Positions 40,991 to 53,829 of a DNA stretch of 64,000 nt are shown here, piece by piece. The position numbers and the translations under genes were made by a program. Below the pieces are notes generated by a model. That model did no database searches. It saw only the letters and a program-made list of their open reading frames with translations, and had not been told where the DNA came from. The DNA is from Hormiphora californensis (Eukaryota > Animalia > Ctenophora): the NCBI GenBank assembly GCA_020137815.1, contig CM035354.1, positions 7,998,001 through 8,062,000 on the forward strand. Direction: 5' to 3'. Position 1 is the first letter of the stretch. Every line of letters starts with the position of its first letter.

Positions 40991-41839
40991 GACGCGCACC
41001 AAATTGGTCAAACTGTAAAATGTGAAAAAAGCGTTTTTAAGACTTGGGGCCTCTTTGACATTTTTGAGAGACTGATGGTGACCCACAAAGAGTCCGAGAG
41101 CCTCAAAGAGCAACCAAGAGAGTGCACAACATCGGAAAGAGACTGCACGCAGCATCCAGAAGAGCGCGCGCGCTTACCACGTGAAAGAGACTCACCGCGC
41201 GAAGTAAGCAGTACTTTAACCTCAATTTTCTTCTCGCGCGTTACATAACATTCAATTTCAGACACTTCTTCGGAGATCCTTGATGGCCATGGATGAAGAT
41301 TGAAGAGAGAAGACTGAATTCAAGGATGAGAAGATAAATGAGTTCAACTAGATTCTTGAGTTGTTTAAAAACAAGATCAACACACTTTTGGATTTATGTG
41401 ATTATTTAAGTATTCTATAATATTACTATTAGAGAGAAATATTTCGTTGCTAATTTCAGACCAAAAGTGTGTGGGAGGAATAAACACATTAATTTTGTTT
41501 CCAATAAGTTTCAGTATACATAAAACAATATTGCTAGTTTTAGATTCGTTTTTTTGCATTGACTAAGTGTTGTTTACATGTAATTAAACCGTAATCATAT
41601 AAGAGGAAATGCTAAACATTTTAATGTGATATTACCAAACAACCATCATTATCAAGATATCAATTATCACGAGATAGAAATGTTCATGAGTATTGAACAA
41701 TTAAGAAAAATCACACGAATTTCTCGACCAAAGGCGGTCACTGTCTTTCATCCATTACCTCTACTCCCACTGACTCTCAATCAGTCAATCATGTTACGCC
41801 CTGAGCTGTGTGCACTGCGTGCAGCAAGTAAGTACATCT

Positions 41840-42821
41840 CACTAAATTTACTCCTCCACATATGATATCTCCCGACGTGTCTGTCTGGCGCCGCGAAAGG
41901 GGAAAAAATTTTTCCCCCAAAAATTTTTTTTGGGGGGGGGGGGCCCCCTTTTGGGGGGAAAACCCCCAAAAAAAAATTTAAAAAACCAAAAAAACCCCTT
42001 TTTGGGCCGGGGAAAAAGGGGGCCCCCCCCTAAAAGGAAAAAAAACCCCGGAAAAACCCAACCCCCCCGGGGGCCCCCCCAATTTAAAAAAAAAACCCCC
42101 GGGGGCCAAATTTTAAAAAAAAAAGGGGGGGGAAATTTTTAAAAATTTTCCCCCTTTTTTTTTAAAAAAAAAATTTTGGGAAAAGGGTTTTAAAAAAAAT
42201 TTAAAGGGGAAAAAAAGGGCCCAAATTTTTCCGGTTTTGGGGGAAAAAAAAATTAATTTTTTTTTCCGGTTTTAAATTTTTTTAAAAAAAAATTTTTGGG
42301 GGGTTTTTTTTTTTTTTTTTCATTAAAAAAAAATTTTTTAAAAAAAAAAAATTTAAAAAATTTTTTAAAAAAACCCCAAAAAAAAAATTTTTAAAAAAAA
42401 AAATTTTTTTTAAAAAACCCAAAAAAAAAAAAAAACCCCCCGGGGGGTCTTTAAACCATTACCTCCCCCAAAAATCAGTCAATCGTTTCCCTGATTTTCC
42501 CGGGGAACCCAAAAAAAACCCAAAATTTTTTTTCCCCCAAAAATTTTTCCCCCGGGGGTTTTTTCCCCCCCCCCGGGAAATTTTTGGGGGGCCCCGGAAA
42601 AAAGGGGGGGAAATTTGGTTTTAAAATTTTTTTTTTTTAAAAAAAAGGAGGGTTTTGGGGGAAAAAGGGGGGGAAAAAAAAAAGGGGGGGAAGGGGGGAA
42701 AAAAAAAAAAAAAGGGGGGGAAGGGGGAAAAAGGAAAAAACCCCCCCCCCCCCCCCCCTTTGGGGGTTTTTTGGGGGGGGGGGGTTTTTTTTTTTTTTTT
42801 TTTCCCCCCCCAAAAAAAAAA

Positions 42822-42896
<75 letters not shown>

Positions 42897-43090
42897 CCCC
42901 CCCCCCCCCCCCCCCCCAAACCCCGGGGGGGCCCCCCCCCCCCCCCCCCCGGCCTTCCCCCCCCCCCCCGGGCCCCCCCCCCCCCCCCCCCCAAACCCCC
43001 CCCCCCCCCCCCCCCTTTCCTTTTTCCCCCCCCCCCCCCGGGGGGCCCCCCCCCCCCCCCCCCCCCTTTCCCCCCCCCCTTTTTTTTTTT

Positions 43091-43124
<34 letters not shown>

Positions 43125-43133
43125 GGGGGGGGG

Positions 43134-43209
<76 letters not shown>

Positions 43210-43294
43210 CCCCCCCCCCCCCCTTTTTTTTTGGGGGGGGGCCCCCCCCCCCCCCCCCCCCCCCCCCGGGGGGGGGGGGGGGGGGCCCCCCCCC

Positions 43295-43326
<32 letters not shown>

Positions 43327-43455
43327 CCCCCCCCCCCCCCCCCCCCCCCCGGGGGGAAAAAAAAAAAAAAAAAAAAAAAAATTTTTTGGGGGGGGCCCCC
43401 CCCCCCCCCCCGGGGGGGGGGGGGGGGGGGGGGGGAAAAAAAAAAAAAAAAAGGG

Positions 43456-43496
<41 letters not shown>

Positions 43497-43621
43497 GGGG
43501 CCCCCCGGGGGGTTTTTTTTTGGGGGGGGGGGGGGGGGGGGGGAAAAAAAAAAAAAAAAACCCCCCGGGGGGGGGGGAAAAAAAAAAAAAAAAAGGGGGG
43601 GGGGGGGGGGGTTTTTTTTTT

Positions 43622-43652
<31 letters not shown>

Positions 43653-43680
43653 GGCCCCCCCGGGGGGGGGGGGGGGGGGG
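41840..43680. other. Homopolymer-run sequence, almost certainly a base-calling or assembly artefact
   Basis: Consists only of long A, C, G and T runs that lengthen progressively. Confidence 0.9.
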
Positions 43681-45716
43681 CCTTCCCTTCTTCCTCCTTC
43701 CTTCCTTCTTCACTCCTTCCTTCCTTCCTTCCTTCCTTCCTTCCTTCCTTCCTTCCTTCCTTCCTTCCTTCCTTCCTTCCTTCCTTCTCCTTCCTTCCTC
43801 CTTCTTCTTCCTTCCTTCCTTCCTTCTTCCTTCCTTCTTCCTTCCTTCCTTCCTCCTTCCTTTCCTTTTCCTTTCCTCTTCCTTCCTCCTTCCTTCCTTC
43901 CTTCCTTCTCCTTCCTTCCTTCCTTTCCTTCCTTCCTTCCTTCCTTCTTCCTTCCTTCCTTCCTTCCTTCTCCTTCCTTCCTTCCTTCCTTCCTTCCTTC
44001 CTTCCTTCCTTCCTTCCTCCTTCCCTTCCTTCCTTCCCCCTTTCCCTTTCCCTTTTTCCTTCCTTCCTTCTTCCTTTTCCTTCCTTCCTCCTTCCTCTTC
44101 CTTCCTTCCTTTCCTTCCTCTTCCTTCCTTCCTTCCTTCCTTCCTTCCTTCTTCTTCCTTTCCTTCCTTCCTTCTCTTCCTTCTCTCCTTCCTTCTTCCT
44201 TTCCTTCCTTCCCTTCCTTCTTCCTTCCTTCCTTCCTTTCCTTCTTCTTCCTCTTCCTTCCTTCCTTTCCTTTCCTTCCTTCCTTCTTCCTGCCTTCCTT
44301 CCTCTTCTTCCTTTTCCTTCCTTCCTCTTCCTTCCTTCCTTCCTTCCTTCCTTCCTTCCTTCCTTCCTTCCCTTCTTCCTTCCTTCCTTTCCTTTCCTTC
44401 CTTCCTTTCCTTCTTCCTTCCTTCCTCCTTCCCTTCCCTTCCCTTCCTTCCTTCTTCTTCTCTTCCTTCCTTTCCTTCCTTCCTTCCTTCCTTCCCTTCC
44501 TTCCTTCTTTCACTTCCTTCCTTTCCTTCCGTTCCTTCCGTTCCTTCCTTCCTTCGTCCCGTTCCTTCCTTCCTTCCTTCCTTCCTTACTTCCTTCCGTT
44601 CCTTTCCTTACCTTTCCTTCTGTCTTATTCCTTCCCTCTTCCTTCCTTCCTTCCTTACCTTCTTCCTTCCCTTTCCTTCCTTCCTTCCTGCCTTCTTCGC
44701 TTCCTTCCGTCCTTCCGTCCTTCCTTCCTTCCTTCTTCCCTTCGTCCTTTCTTCCCTTCATTCCTTCCTTCCTTCCCTCTTCCTTCCTTCCTTCCTTCCT
44801 TCGCTTCCTTTCCTTCCTTCCCTTCCTTCCTATAATTCCTTCCTGCATTCCTTACCTTCTTCCTTCCTTCCTTCCTTCCTGTCCTCCTTACTTCCTCCTT
44901 CCTTCGCTTCCTTCCTCCTTCGCTTCCTCTTCCTTCCTTCACACTTCCTTGCCCTGCCTTCGCTTCCTTCCTCCTTTCCTTCCTTCCCTTCCTTTCCTTC
45001 CTTCCTCTCCTTCCCTTCCGTCCTTCCTTCTTCCTTCCTTCACTTCCTACCCTTCTCTTCCTTCCCTATCCTTCCTTCCTTCCCTTCTGTCCCTTTCCTT
45101 CCTTCCGTCCGTCATGTCCTTCCTGCCTTCCTCCTTCCTCCTCTCCTTACTTCCTTCATTCCTCTCCCGTCCTTCCATTCCTTTCCTTCCGTTCCTTCCT
45201 TCCTCCTCCTTCCTTCCTTCCTTCCTGCCTTCCTCTCCCCCTTCCTTATACTTCCTTCCTTACCTTCCTTCCTTCTTCCCTTCCTTCCTTCCTTCCTTCC
45301 TTTTCGCTCTTCCTTCCTTCCTTGCCTTCCTTGCCTTCCTTCCTTCTTCCATTCCGTCCGTCTACTTCTTGCCTCTCCTTCTTCCTTCCTTACTTCCTTC
45401 CTTCCTTCCTTCCGTCCCTTCCTTCCCTTCCTTCCTTCTCTCCTTGCCTTCCTATGACTTCCTTCGCTTACTTCTTACTTCCTTCCTTCCTTCCTTCTTT
45501 CCTTCCTTCACTTCCTTCCTTCTTGCCTCCTTCCTTCCGTTCCTTCATTCCTTCCTCCCTTCCCGTCCTTACTTCCTTCTTCCTTCCCTTCTTTCCTTCC
45601 TATCCTTCCCTTCCTTCCCCTTTCCTTCCTTCCTTCCTTACCTTCTTCTTCCCTTCTTTCCCTCCTTCCTCTGCCCTTCCTTCCCCTTTCCTATTCCCCC
45701 CTTCTTCCCCCTTTTC
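43681..45716. repeat. (TTCC)n degenerate simple satellite, about 2 kb
   Basis: Pyrimidine-only CCTT repeats. Confidence 0.93.
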
Positions 45717-46698
45717 TACAACAAAAGGGTTCCCTAGTAAGGTCGCGGCTCTTTTTCCATTTATCTCTGTTCACATGTGGCCCATTTACGGTCCATTAAT
45801 GGGCCCTTAACAACCAAATGGGCCAGTTTTACTGGATAATCCCATTATATGGGCTATTTTCGCTGGCCATATGGCTGATTTATCTATTCTCCAAAAATCA
45901 ATTAATCCTCTCTGTTTTCTCGTTCCAATTCTCCAACGACTCTCCCTACCCGCACGGATAATACGACGATGCCCTGCGTTATTTAAATGGACGGACCACA
46001 AACCAAAAAAAAAAATCACAAAAAAATAAAAATTACAAAATCGAAGATCGATTCCATCTTTTTTCTCTCATTCTCAGCATTGCAAATCAAGAACCCTCTA
46101 GACGAGTATCCACCTACTATTATAGGAGGCAGTTATAACTGCTAGTTATAACTGCCTCATACGAGATTTTGTCTCGTTTAGAAAGGTTCTGAGTCTACTG
46201 TACAAATCCCCTTTCCAATGTACAGTAGACACAGTTTACAGTGAACTCAGGGATCTCCGGCGGATCATAAGGTATAGATCATGAGGTACAGTCATGTCAT
46301 GCAAGATGCAGTGAAACCCCAAACACAAACTCTCTGCTAGATGGTCAGGTCCTTTCAAAATCAGGAAAGTCATTATAAAATATAATGTGATTATAAGCCC
46401 CACCTCTATCTTAGACAAGGTAAACACGAAATATTTTGGTACTTGGAAAACAAATTGACCGTAGCTTTCAATTACACTGGGGTAATCTTCATCAGCGGAT
46501 CAGTGAGTGGTGGAGTGAGTGGTGTGATTGGGTGTCAGGGTGGAGATGTGATAGGGTGGTGACTGGTGAGCTGGGGTGTTGCGGTATGATGTGAGGGGGG
46601 CCGGGGGGGGGGGGGGGGGGAGAACGGGGGGGGGGGGGAGGGAGACGGGGAGAAAGTGAAGAATATTTCCAAACTCAAACTGTTCCATCCCAATCAGG

Positions 46699-47790
46699 AA
46701 CATCTCACCTTCCCTTTCTAGCCCTATCGCCAATTGCTACCCCCTTTCCCGTGCTGTAAACCTTCTGTGAAACATCTCACCTTCCCTTTCTAGCCCTATC
46801 GCCAATTGCTACCCCCTTTACCGTGCTGTAAACCTTCTGTGAAACATTCTCACCTTCCCTTTCTAGCACTATCGCCAATTGCTACCCCCCTTTCCCGTGC
46901 TGTAAACTTCTGTGAAACATCTCACCTTCCTTTCTAGCAATATCACCAATTGCTACCCCCTTTCCCGTGCTTTGGTAAACCTTCTATAAAACATCTCACC
47001 TTCCCTTTCTAGCACTATGGCCAATTGCTACCCCCCTTTCCCGTGCTGTAAACCTTCTATAAAACATCTCACCTTCCCTTTCTAGCATTATGGCAATTGC
47101 TACCCCCTTTCCGTGCTGTAAACCTTCTATAAAAACATCTCACCTTCCCTTTCAGCACTATGGCCAATTGCTACCCCCTTTCCCGTGCTGTAACCCTTCT
47201 GTGAAACAGTCTCACCTTCCCTTCTAGCCCTATCGCCAATTGCTTACCCCCTCTCCCGTGCTGTAAACTTCTGTGAAACATCCCCTTCCCTTTCTAGCCC
47301 TATCGCCAATTGCTACCCCCTTTCCCGTACTGTAAACCTTCTATAAAACATCTCACCTTCCCTTTCTAGCCCTATCGCCAATTGCTACCCCCTTTCCCGT
47401 GCTGTAAACCTTCTCACCTAGAAAGGGAAGGTGAGATGTTTTATAAAAGGTTTACAGCACGGGAAAGGGGGTAGCAATTGGCGAAAAGGCTAGAAAGGGA
47501 AGGTGAGATGTTGCTTAGAAGGTTTACAGCACGGGAAAGGGGGTAGCAATTGGCGATAGTGCTAGAAAAGGAAGGTGAGATGTTTCACAGAAGGTTTACA
47601 GCACGGGAAAGGGGGTAGCAATAGGCGATAGTGCTAGAAAAGGAAGGTGAGATGTTTCACAGAAGGTTTACAGTACGGGAAAGGGGGTAGCAATTGGCGA
47701 TAGGGCTGGAAAGGGAAGGTGAGATGTTTCACAGAAGGTTTACAGCACGGGAAATGGGGTAGCAATTGGCGAAAAGGCTAGAAAGGGAAT
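46699..47790. repeat. ~72-bp tandem repeat: about 10 copies forward, then about 5 copies inverted
   Basis: Unit AACATCTCACCTTCCCTTTCTAGCCCTATCGCCAATTGCTACCCCCTTTCCCGTGCTGTAAACCTTCTGTGA; the orientation flips at ~47417. Confidence 0.93.
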
Positions 47791-49169
47791 CCCTACTTAC
47801 ATACCAACAACCTCCATACCAACATCCCCCATACCACATAGGTAAGGAGGGTGTTGGTATGGAAGCGTTTTGTGAGGTTCAGTGACCTCCATACCAACTC
47901 ATAGATTATATTTAGAGAGTTGGTATGGAGGGTATTAAAGTCTCTATAACGCTTCCATACCAACTCGATGCAGCCATACCAACTTGTGAAAATCCTTGAT
48001 ATCTGGGTGTATGGTACTGCCAATTAGAGCTGTCCCGATGTACGATTCAATTACACGACTCATATCACGATACGGTATTCAAGTGGCTTCGCTTTGGGTG
48101 GGGTGTACCTTTCACGTACTGAGTGTGTTTAGTTTAATGCAATACAAACATAAGATATTACAGGAACTATGTTTTGACTTTACTACAACGGACGACTCGA
48201 TAATCCTCCATACATCCACCCACTGGCCACTATAGTCATTCTGATCTCCCCGACTGTCCTCGAGTCATCAGAAATGTGCTCCTCAACCTCTCTCTTCTAA
48301 TCTTCCCGATTCCCACTTCTTCCAAAATCCCTCCACGTCGGAGACACTTCAAGATCCGGCACGATACCCAGGACAGCGATGCCTCTCGCATCTGACTCTG
48401 TGTTCGGTACCAATAAGGATTAAGGGTACCTGCACTGGGTATCGTGTATGTCGGTTGGAGTAAGACTGAGTTACTGGGGTCTCGCCTATATTTTCCATCA
48501 AGGCTAGCATGAAAATACTATCAGAATTGTAGACCAAGATGATGGGGAGAACTCAGTATCCCAGGTTCCTAAAACGTCTTTAACAAACACACAAACGTAA
48601 GATATTACTGTGGTCTGTGTCTTGCCCTCTCCCAACGGCCAACAACTTAAATTAAATCTCCCCTTGCAGCTTGCTCCATCTTTCCTGGTCTTGGTGTCCC
48701 TGTAATAGGTGTCTATACCGTGTTACCCAGCCACTGAAAACTATGCTGCTCCTATAATAGTAGCCTACATGTACTGTTGGTGACATGGACACATGTGCAA
48801 GATCGAAGTCAATTTGTGGAAATATATTACCACCATACCATCACGAGTACCAACACCCTCATACACTCAAATCAACCTTATAAGGTCTAAACCCCTCGGC
48901 CCTCCTAAACCTCCATCTAGACCACATGAACATCACCCCTCAAATCTGAACAGAAATAAATCACGTACATACTCATACACCGTCTTCGTACTAACAACTC
49001 TTTCATCCTGAATCCTCACTCAGTTTGGTCTGTATGGCTGGTTTCAGGTTTGCTTACTTGCTTTTTATTATGCAAGTATGTAGTTATGGAGAATAAGGAT
49101 CGGTTGATTGTTTATTAGCCGCATATCAGTGAGGAAGTTTTGTTTTCTCCTTCCGGCTGGACAAATGAG

Positions 49170-50995
49170 TAGACGTAGATTTTATTGTAGAATAACGCTA
49201 TCAATTTCGGCGCACAGCACCATCTTCAGGCTATAATATACGGAATACACATGTTAGAAAAACTGTACACATACCAATCGTAAAATAAAAATTACTGGAA
49301 AATTCTAAAGCTAAGCTAATTTAGTGAAATAGTAAAAAGTTGAAAAACTACACGCGGGACTGGAAAAATTATAAAACAAAAAGTAAAGACTAGGAAATAG
49401 ACGGGGTTTAAATAGTAAAGAAATAAGATCAGATAGTGAAATAAGATAGGAATCACGCGACTGCTCAAAAAGATATCTAGCTAAAAATACTCAATGACCA
49501 ATATGGCCGTTAGAAAATACTAAAAACTAAAAACGGATAATATTAAGAAATAAGGAATCTAGATAGATCAGTCAACTCTTCTTTTAAATTAATAGTAGGC
49601 TTCTCTCTGTTAATATAATATGCTTCTATAATCTTTCTATATAAGATACGTGACTCTGTTGTAATAATCTCAAAAATCAAATCAGGTACTGTCTTATTAT
49701 GAAACTGTTTATAGTGCACTGCGAGTGCCATCTCCGAGTAAGATTTCAACGTAGGGGAGGTGGCATACCGGAGATGTTCTCCAAAGCGGTCTTTTGCTGT
49801 TCTCCCCGTTTCCCCGATGTAGATCTCTTTACAGATGTTACAGGTAATCCGGTATACTGGAGCAGTCACCTGGCAGTTCCTCTCCCCCTCTAGCCGTGGA
49901 CATATTTTACATGATCTCCCCCCACAGTAAGCTGCTCCATTGTCAAGGGGCCGTGAGCTACAGAAGATGTTTCGTAGCTTGGTACCTGGAGTAAATACTG
50001 TTTTGATAGGAAGAGAGCGGCTAGAGATAAACTTCTGGATCGATAATGAAAATGATTCAGAGATGTAAGGCAGTTTCAAAATAACACAGTCCTCCACCTG
50101 CTGCTTCTGACCCTGGTACAAACGACAGCTCTGTTGTTGTGCGAACTGACGAGGGTTCTGGTACCCATTAGCAATCAGCAGGTTGTCCACTATTCTCAGG
50201 GATGCCTCCTCTTGTTCCGAATCTGATGCACTTAGCCTCGCTGTGGCGTAGAAATTACGGACAGTTTGGATTTTAGTGGAAATAGGGTGGTGACTGTTCG
50301 CGTGCAGTGTGATATTCTTGCGAGCCTCCTTGCGGTAGAAACGCGTCTGCACCTCCCCAGATTCGGTGACCCGGATGTTAGTACCCAAGAAAGGTACAAA
50401 GTCATCACCCTCTGGAAAGTCAACCTCCCATTTGATAAGATGGTCCGGATCCTGCTCACCTATCTTATCAAAGAAACACACTGCCTCCTCTCTCGTATAA
50501 CATACGGTACAGGCATCATCAATGTACCGCCCATATAGAATAGGCAAGTACGATACGTCGGTGTAGAGGGTGGCTCTCTCGAACATAAAAACTCTCACCA
50601 CTGCTGCTATGGGACTAGGGGCACATCCCATGAATAGCCCCCGGAGTTGTTTGTAGAGGCGCCCATCATACGTAAAGAATGAACTCTCCAGTACCAGATC
50701 TAGACACTCATGGACATCTACCAACTCTAGACCCCTTAGGTTCAAGACGTCCAAGTGTTCCTCGGCAAAAGATACCAAGGACGATATACATGCCTGTATG
50801 TTCAGGTTGGTGTAGAGGGCACTGATATCTCCACTGCAAAACTTCTTACCACGGAGAACCTCTGGTGACAGATCTCTGAGCCATTGTAGATGGGTATGGA
50901 TGTTTTTCAGGTGTGGAGAGACCTCATCAAGCAATGGACTCAGGATGGAGGTTATTAACCAGGCTAGTTTAGCGGTGGGTGAGCCAATTGTAGAG
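49170..50995 (-). mobile_element. Penelope-like retroelement, 5'-truncated (RT + GIY-YIG) with 3' pLTR region
   Basis: ORF 49543-50934 reads SGDISALYTN, QLRGLFMGCAPSP, YGRYIDD, VPFLG, FYRK..LHANSHHP, VYRITCNICKEIYIGETGR..RFGEH and EAYYI..KPTIN. Confidence 0.93.
49192..49240 (-). ncRNA. Minimal hammerhead ribozyme-like motif in the Penelope 3' region
   Basis: Minus strand reads ATAGC-CTGAAGA-T-GGTGC-TGT-GCGCC-GAAA-TTGA-TA-GCGTTAT, followed by AATAAA. Stem I pairs imperfectly. Confidence 0.55.
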
Positions 50996-51217
50996 TGGTA
51001 AATTGTACTCTACAGCCCCGGTGTGAATATGTGTGAATAGTGATTATGTGTGAGTATGTGTGAGAGTGTTTCTAGAGTGAGAGAGTGAGTCGGGGCAGGA
51101 CCACGTAGGCACCCAGGTTAATTGGCTTTAGGAAATAGTGCGAAAGTGGAGGATTTAACTAACTCAATAAAGCAAGGAATGCTTGCAGCAAATGCTTGCA
51201 GTAAAATGACTGGAATT

Positions 51218-53082
51218 CAAAATTGAATACTGGAAAACTTTTACGTTAAAAGTAGAGAACCACATCGAACACGCCATCATATGCCCACAATAGTCACGTT
51301 TAATGTTCCTCTAAAAAGACGTTTGTGATGGCGAAATCATGTGTGGTCCATGGGAGAACATATGCTCTCGATCCAGAAGTCCGATTAAGTGAAACCGATA
51401 ACTCAAACCTTTGCTGAGTTTCGGCTGTCTCCAGGAATCATTTGTGTTCTGACTCACATGTGAAAGACCAATACAACTACGCAATGAGGAAACATGGATG
51501 CTCATTACAACAGTTTTTGTCATTAACAGTTGCACTTTCAACGATCCATACTACACTGTGGTATTCAGGCCAGGTTTTTCATAACCAGTCGAATGATGAC
51601 TTCCTGGATGACAGATCTCAACCATTATCATCTCCCAAGAGGAGTAGTAACATAACGTGGTATATGTTCTGTAACAGAGCAGCATTCCCAACAATTCACT
51701 ATACCAATGGTGACACTGTCAGATTGTCCGGACCGTAGTGATGAAACAAACTGTACTGAATACCCTTTTTAAGAGACATTTTTTGTGGATCAGGACTTTC
51801 CCATTCTCAACGTGGAATCCAAATTCAACTTGGATCCCCATGGGTTTGGGTGTGCGACGGAGAATTAACTGTGCCAACGCTAATGATGGTGCAATGAATA
51901 TCTGTCCAATGATGCGGTCTCGGAACATTTTACCCCTTACTTCCGGGTTCCAACTGGATTCATTGGAGTTCTCCTCCCATACTAAACACACAGCATCTCT
52001 AGTGAACTTTTTCGCCGTTTACGAAAGCCCGGTCTTTTAATCACTTGTCAACCAAAGTTTCATAGGTTGATGGCACTGGGAGATTGATGATCGGTATCTA
52101 CATGAACCTAATTCTGGCCGCCACTTTAGAAAAAGGTAAAGATATTGCAGTGAGCGATTAAAATGGCTGTCAAGTATCGAATGTGAGTTACGTGGGTATT
52201 TAAGTGACAGCCGGCATATATATCTCTGCTTTCGATATGCTTTGCTAAGTGTTTTTCCGAATGGTTTCACTGCGCTCTATGCTGCAAATGGAAATCAGTA
52301 AAAGGAAGTCTGCTCCTCATTCTCCATGGTGCTCACATCCTCCTTTCTTCGAACAATTTTGTCGGGCATCCCAATTCCCAACGGTTTTGAAAACTACTTT
52401 GTGATGGATATTATTACAAGACCAAACCTATTTACAAGTGTCGCCCGTAGAAGGGATTTCAAAAGAGTTATCAACCACTTTAATTCATCAATTGAAACAT
52501 TGGATCAAATCCAGGATGGACAAATGGTAAGATGGTCAACGTTAAGACCATTTCAATCTCTGTTTTTTTAACGAAGTGTCCCAGAGAAACAGTCGGTGGT
52601 TTCTATGGGAACCAAGGAGTTTGCCTCTTCAAGTACTTTGTCACCGATAAAGATCCTCAACGCCATTTCTCTCTTTCTGTCCTGGGGCTCAGCTGTCTGT
52701 GTTTTGCTATAATTACAGCCAGTTACACCAGCAGTCTTACACATGCGTCATCTACAGCTTCTCTTGCGGTCCTTCTGAATCCCAAAAACATCAACGATCC
52801 GACTTCAGAGGAAGGTTCTCTGATAATCATGACTGATTTCCTAACCTGGATTCCCTTTATTCCTGGCTCCTGCACATTCGGTGAGTTATTGATGCGACTA
52901 ACTACGGTTATGAATTATGTTTCAGTGATATTGAATACCAATCAATACGTTATTACCCTGTTATTTATAATGGAGATAGTTCGTGAGGATTCGTAAAAAG
53001 TATGTCTAACCGAAGGCCTAGAACTGTAAAAAATTCTCAACGAACAGTTGCTATGACAACAATGCCGACCACTAGTAACTAA
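51218..53082 (+). pseudogene. Partial third copy of the LDLa-GPCR terminal exon with dense small indels
   Basis: Colinear with 29213-31087 and 37284-39164 (FYGNQGVCLFKYFVTDKDPQRHF is intact), but frameshifted every few dozen bases. It is either unpolished long-read sequence or a pseudogene. Confidence 0.75.
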
Positions 53083-53829
53083 AGTGCATTTAAAGTATAT
53101 GATGTTTATTACACCAGGAACAATTCATCTTAGAATATTTTGTTAGAGGCTAGATTGTGTGTGTCAGGCGTCAGATGTGTTCGCCCCGTCCAGCGTTCTG
53201 TTTACTATGACTTATTTGCTATTTGTTATTTTACATGTGCTAAAAAATTCGTCTTAAAAACAAAGAAAATAAAACCCAAAATAAGCACAAAAGCTGCAGT
53301 GAACAACCGAAAAGTTATATCGGGTGGGGCAAGAATAGTGAACCATGATAAAGTTCAAGAGCGTCCAAGAGCGCACCCCATCCAGAAGAGACCATATCCA
53401 AGAGCACACCACATCCTAGGTCGCACCACATCCAGAAGAGACCCCTCCAAGAGCGGTATCTTTTGAATGGGGAGCTATCTTGGAGTGTTCTCTTCTGGAT
53501 GTGGTGTCCTCTGGTGCACACTAGATCTGATGGATCTGGTGGATCTAATGCACACTTGAACTTTATTATGGTTCACTATTAAATCAAACGGCCAGGTACC
53601 GGAGATGTAAACATCACCGTAAAACTGTCCGCAAAGTTTTGTCAAGCTGACATATTTAATTTTCCCTCCTATCTGATAATTCGTGTGCACTGTGCGTGCC
53701 TGCTCAAGTGTTGCTAAGCCGCCCCTAATAAATTTGTAACTTTTCACTGTATGGTGAGTGATTTCGGAGTGGTTTCCGAAACTGTGCTTGGAATATGCTA
53801 CAGACCGCGACCCCTGCTTCCGGCTTCCC

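Noticed and set aside
42479-45810. Long ORFs up to 1040 aa rich in P/G/K/F and PSFL repeats
   Set aside because: They are translations of homopolymer artefact and (TTCC)n satellite, which lack stops for compositional reasons.
48230-48780. Possible minus-strand exons of an unknown gene
   Set aside because: Splice-like signals are present, but there is no consistent frame or recognisable motif in this indel-rich region.
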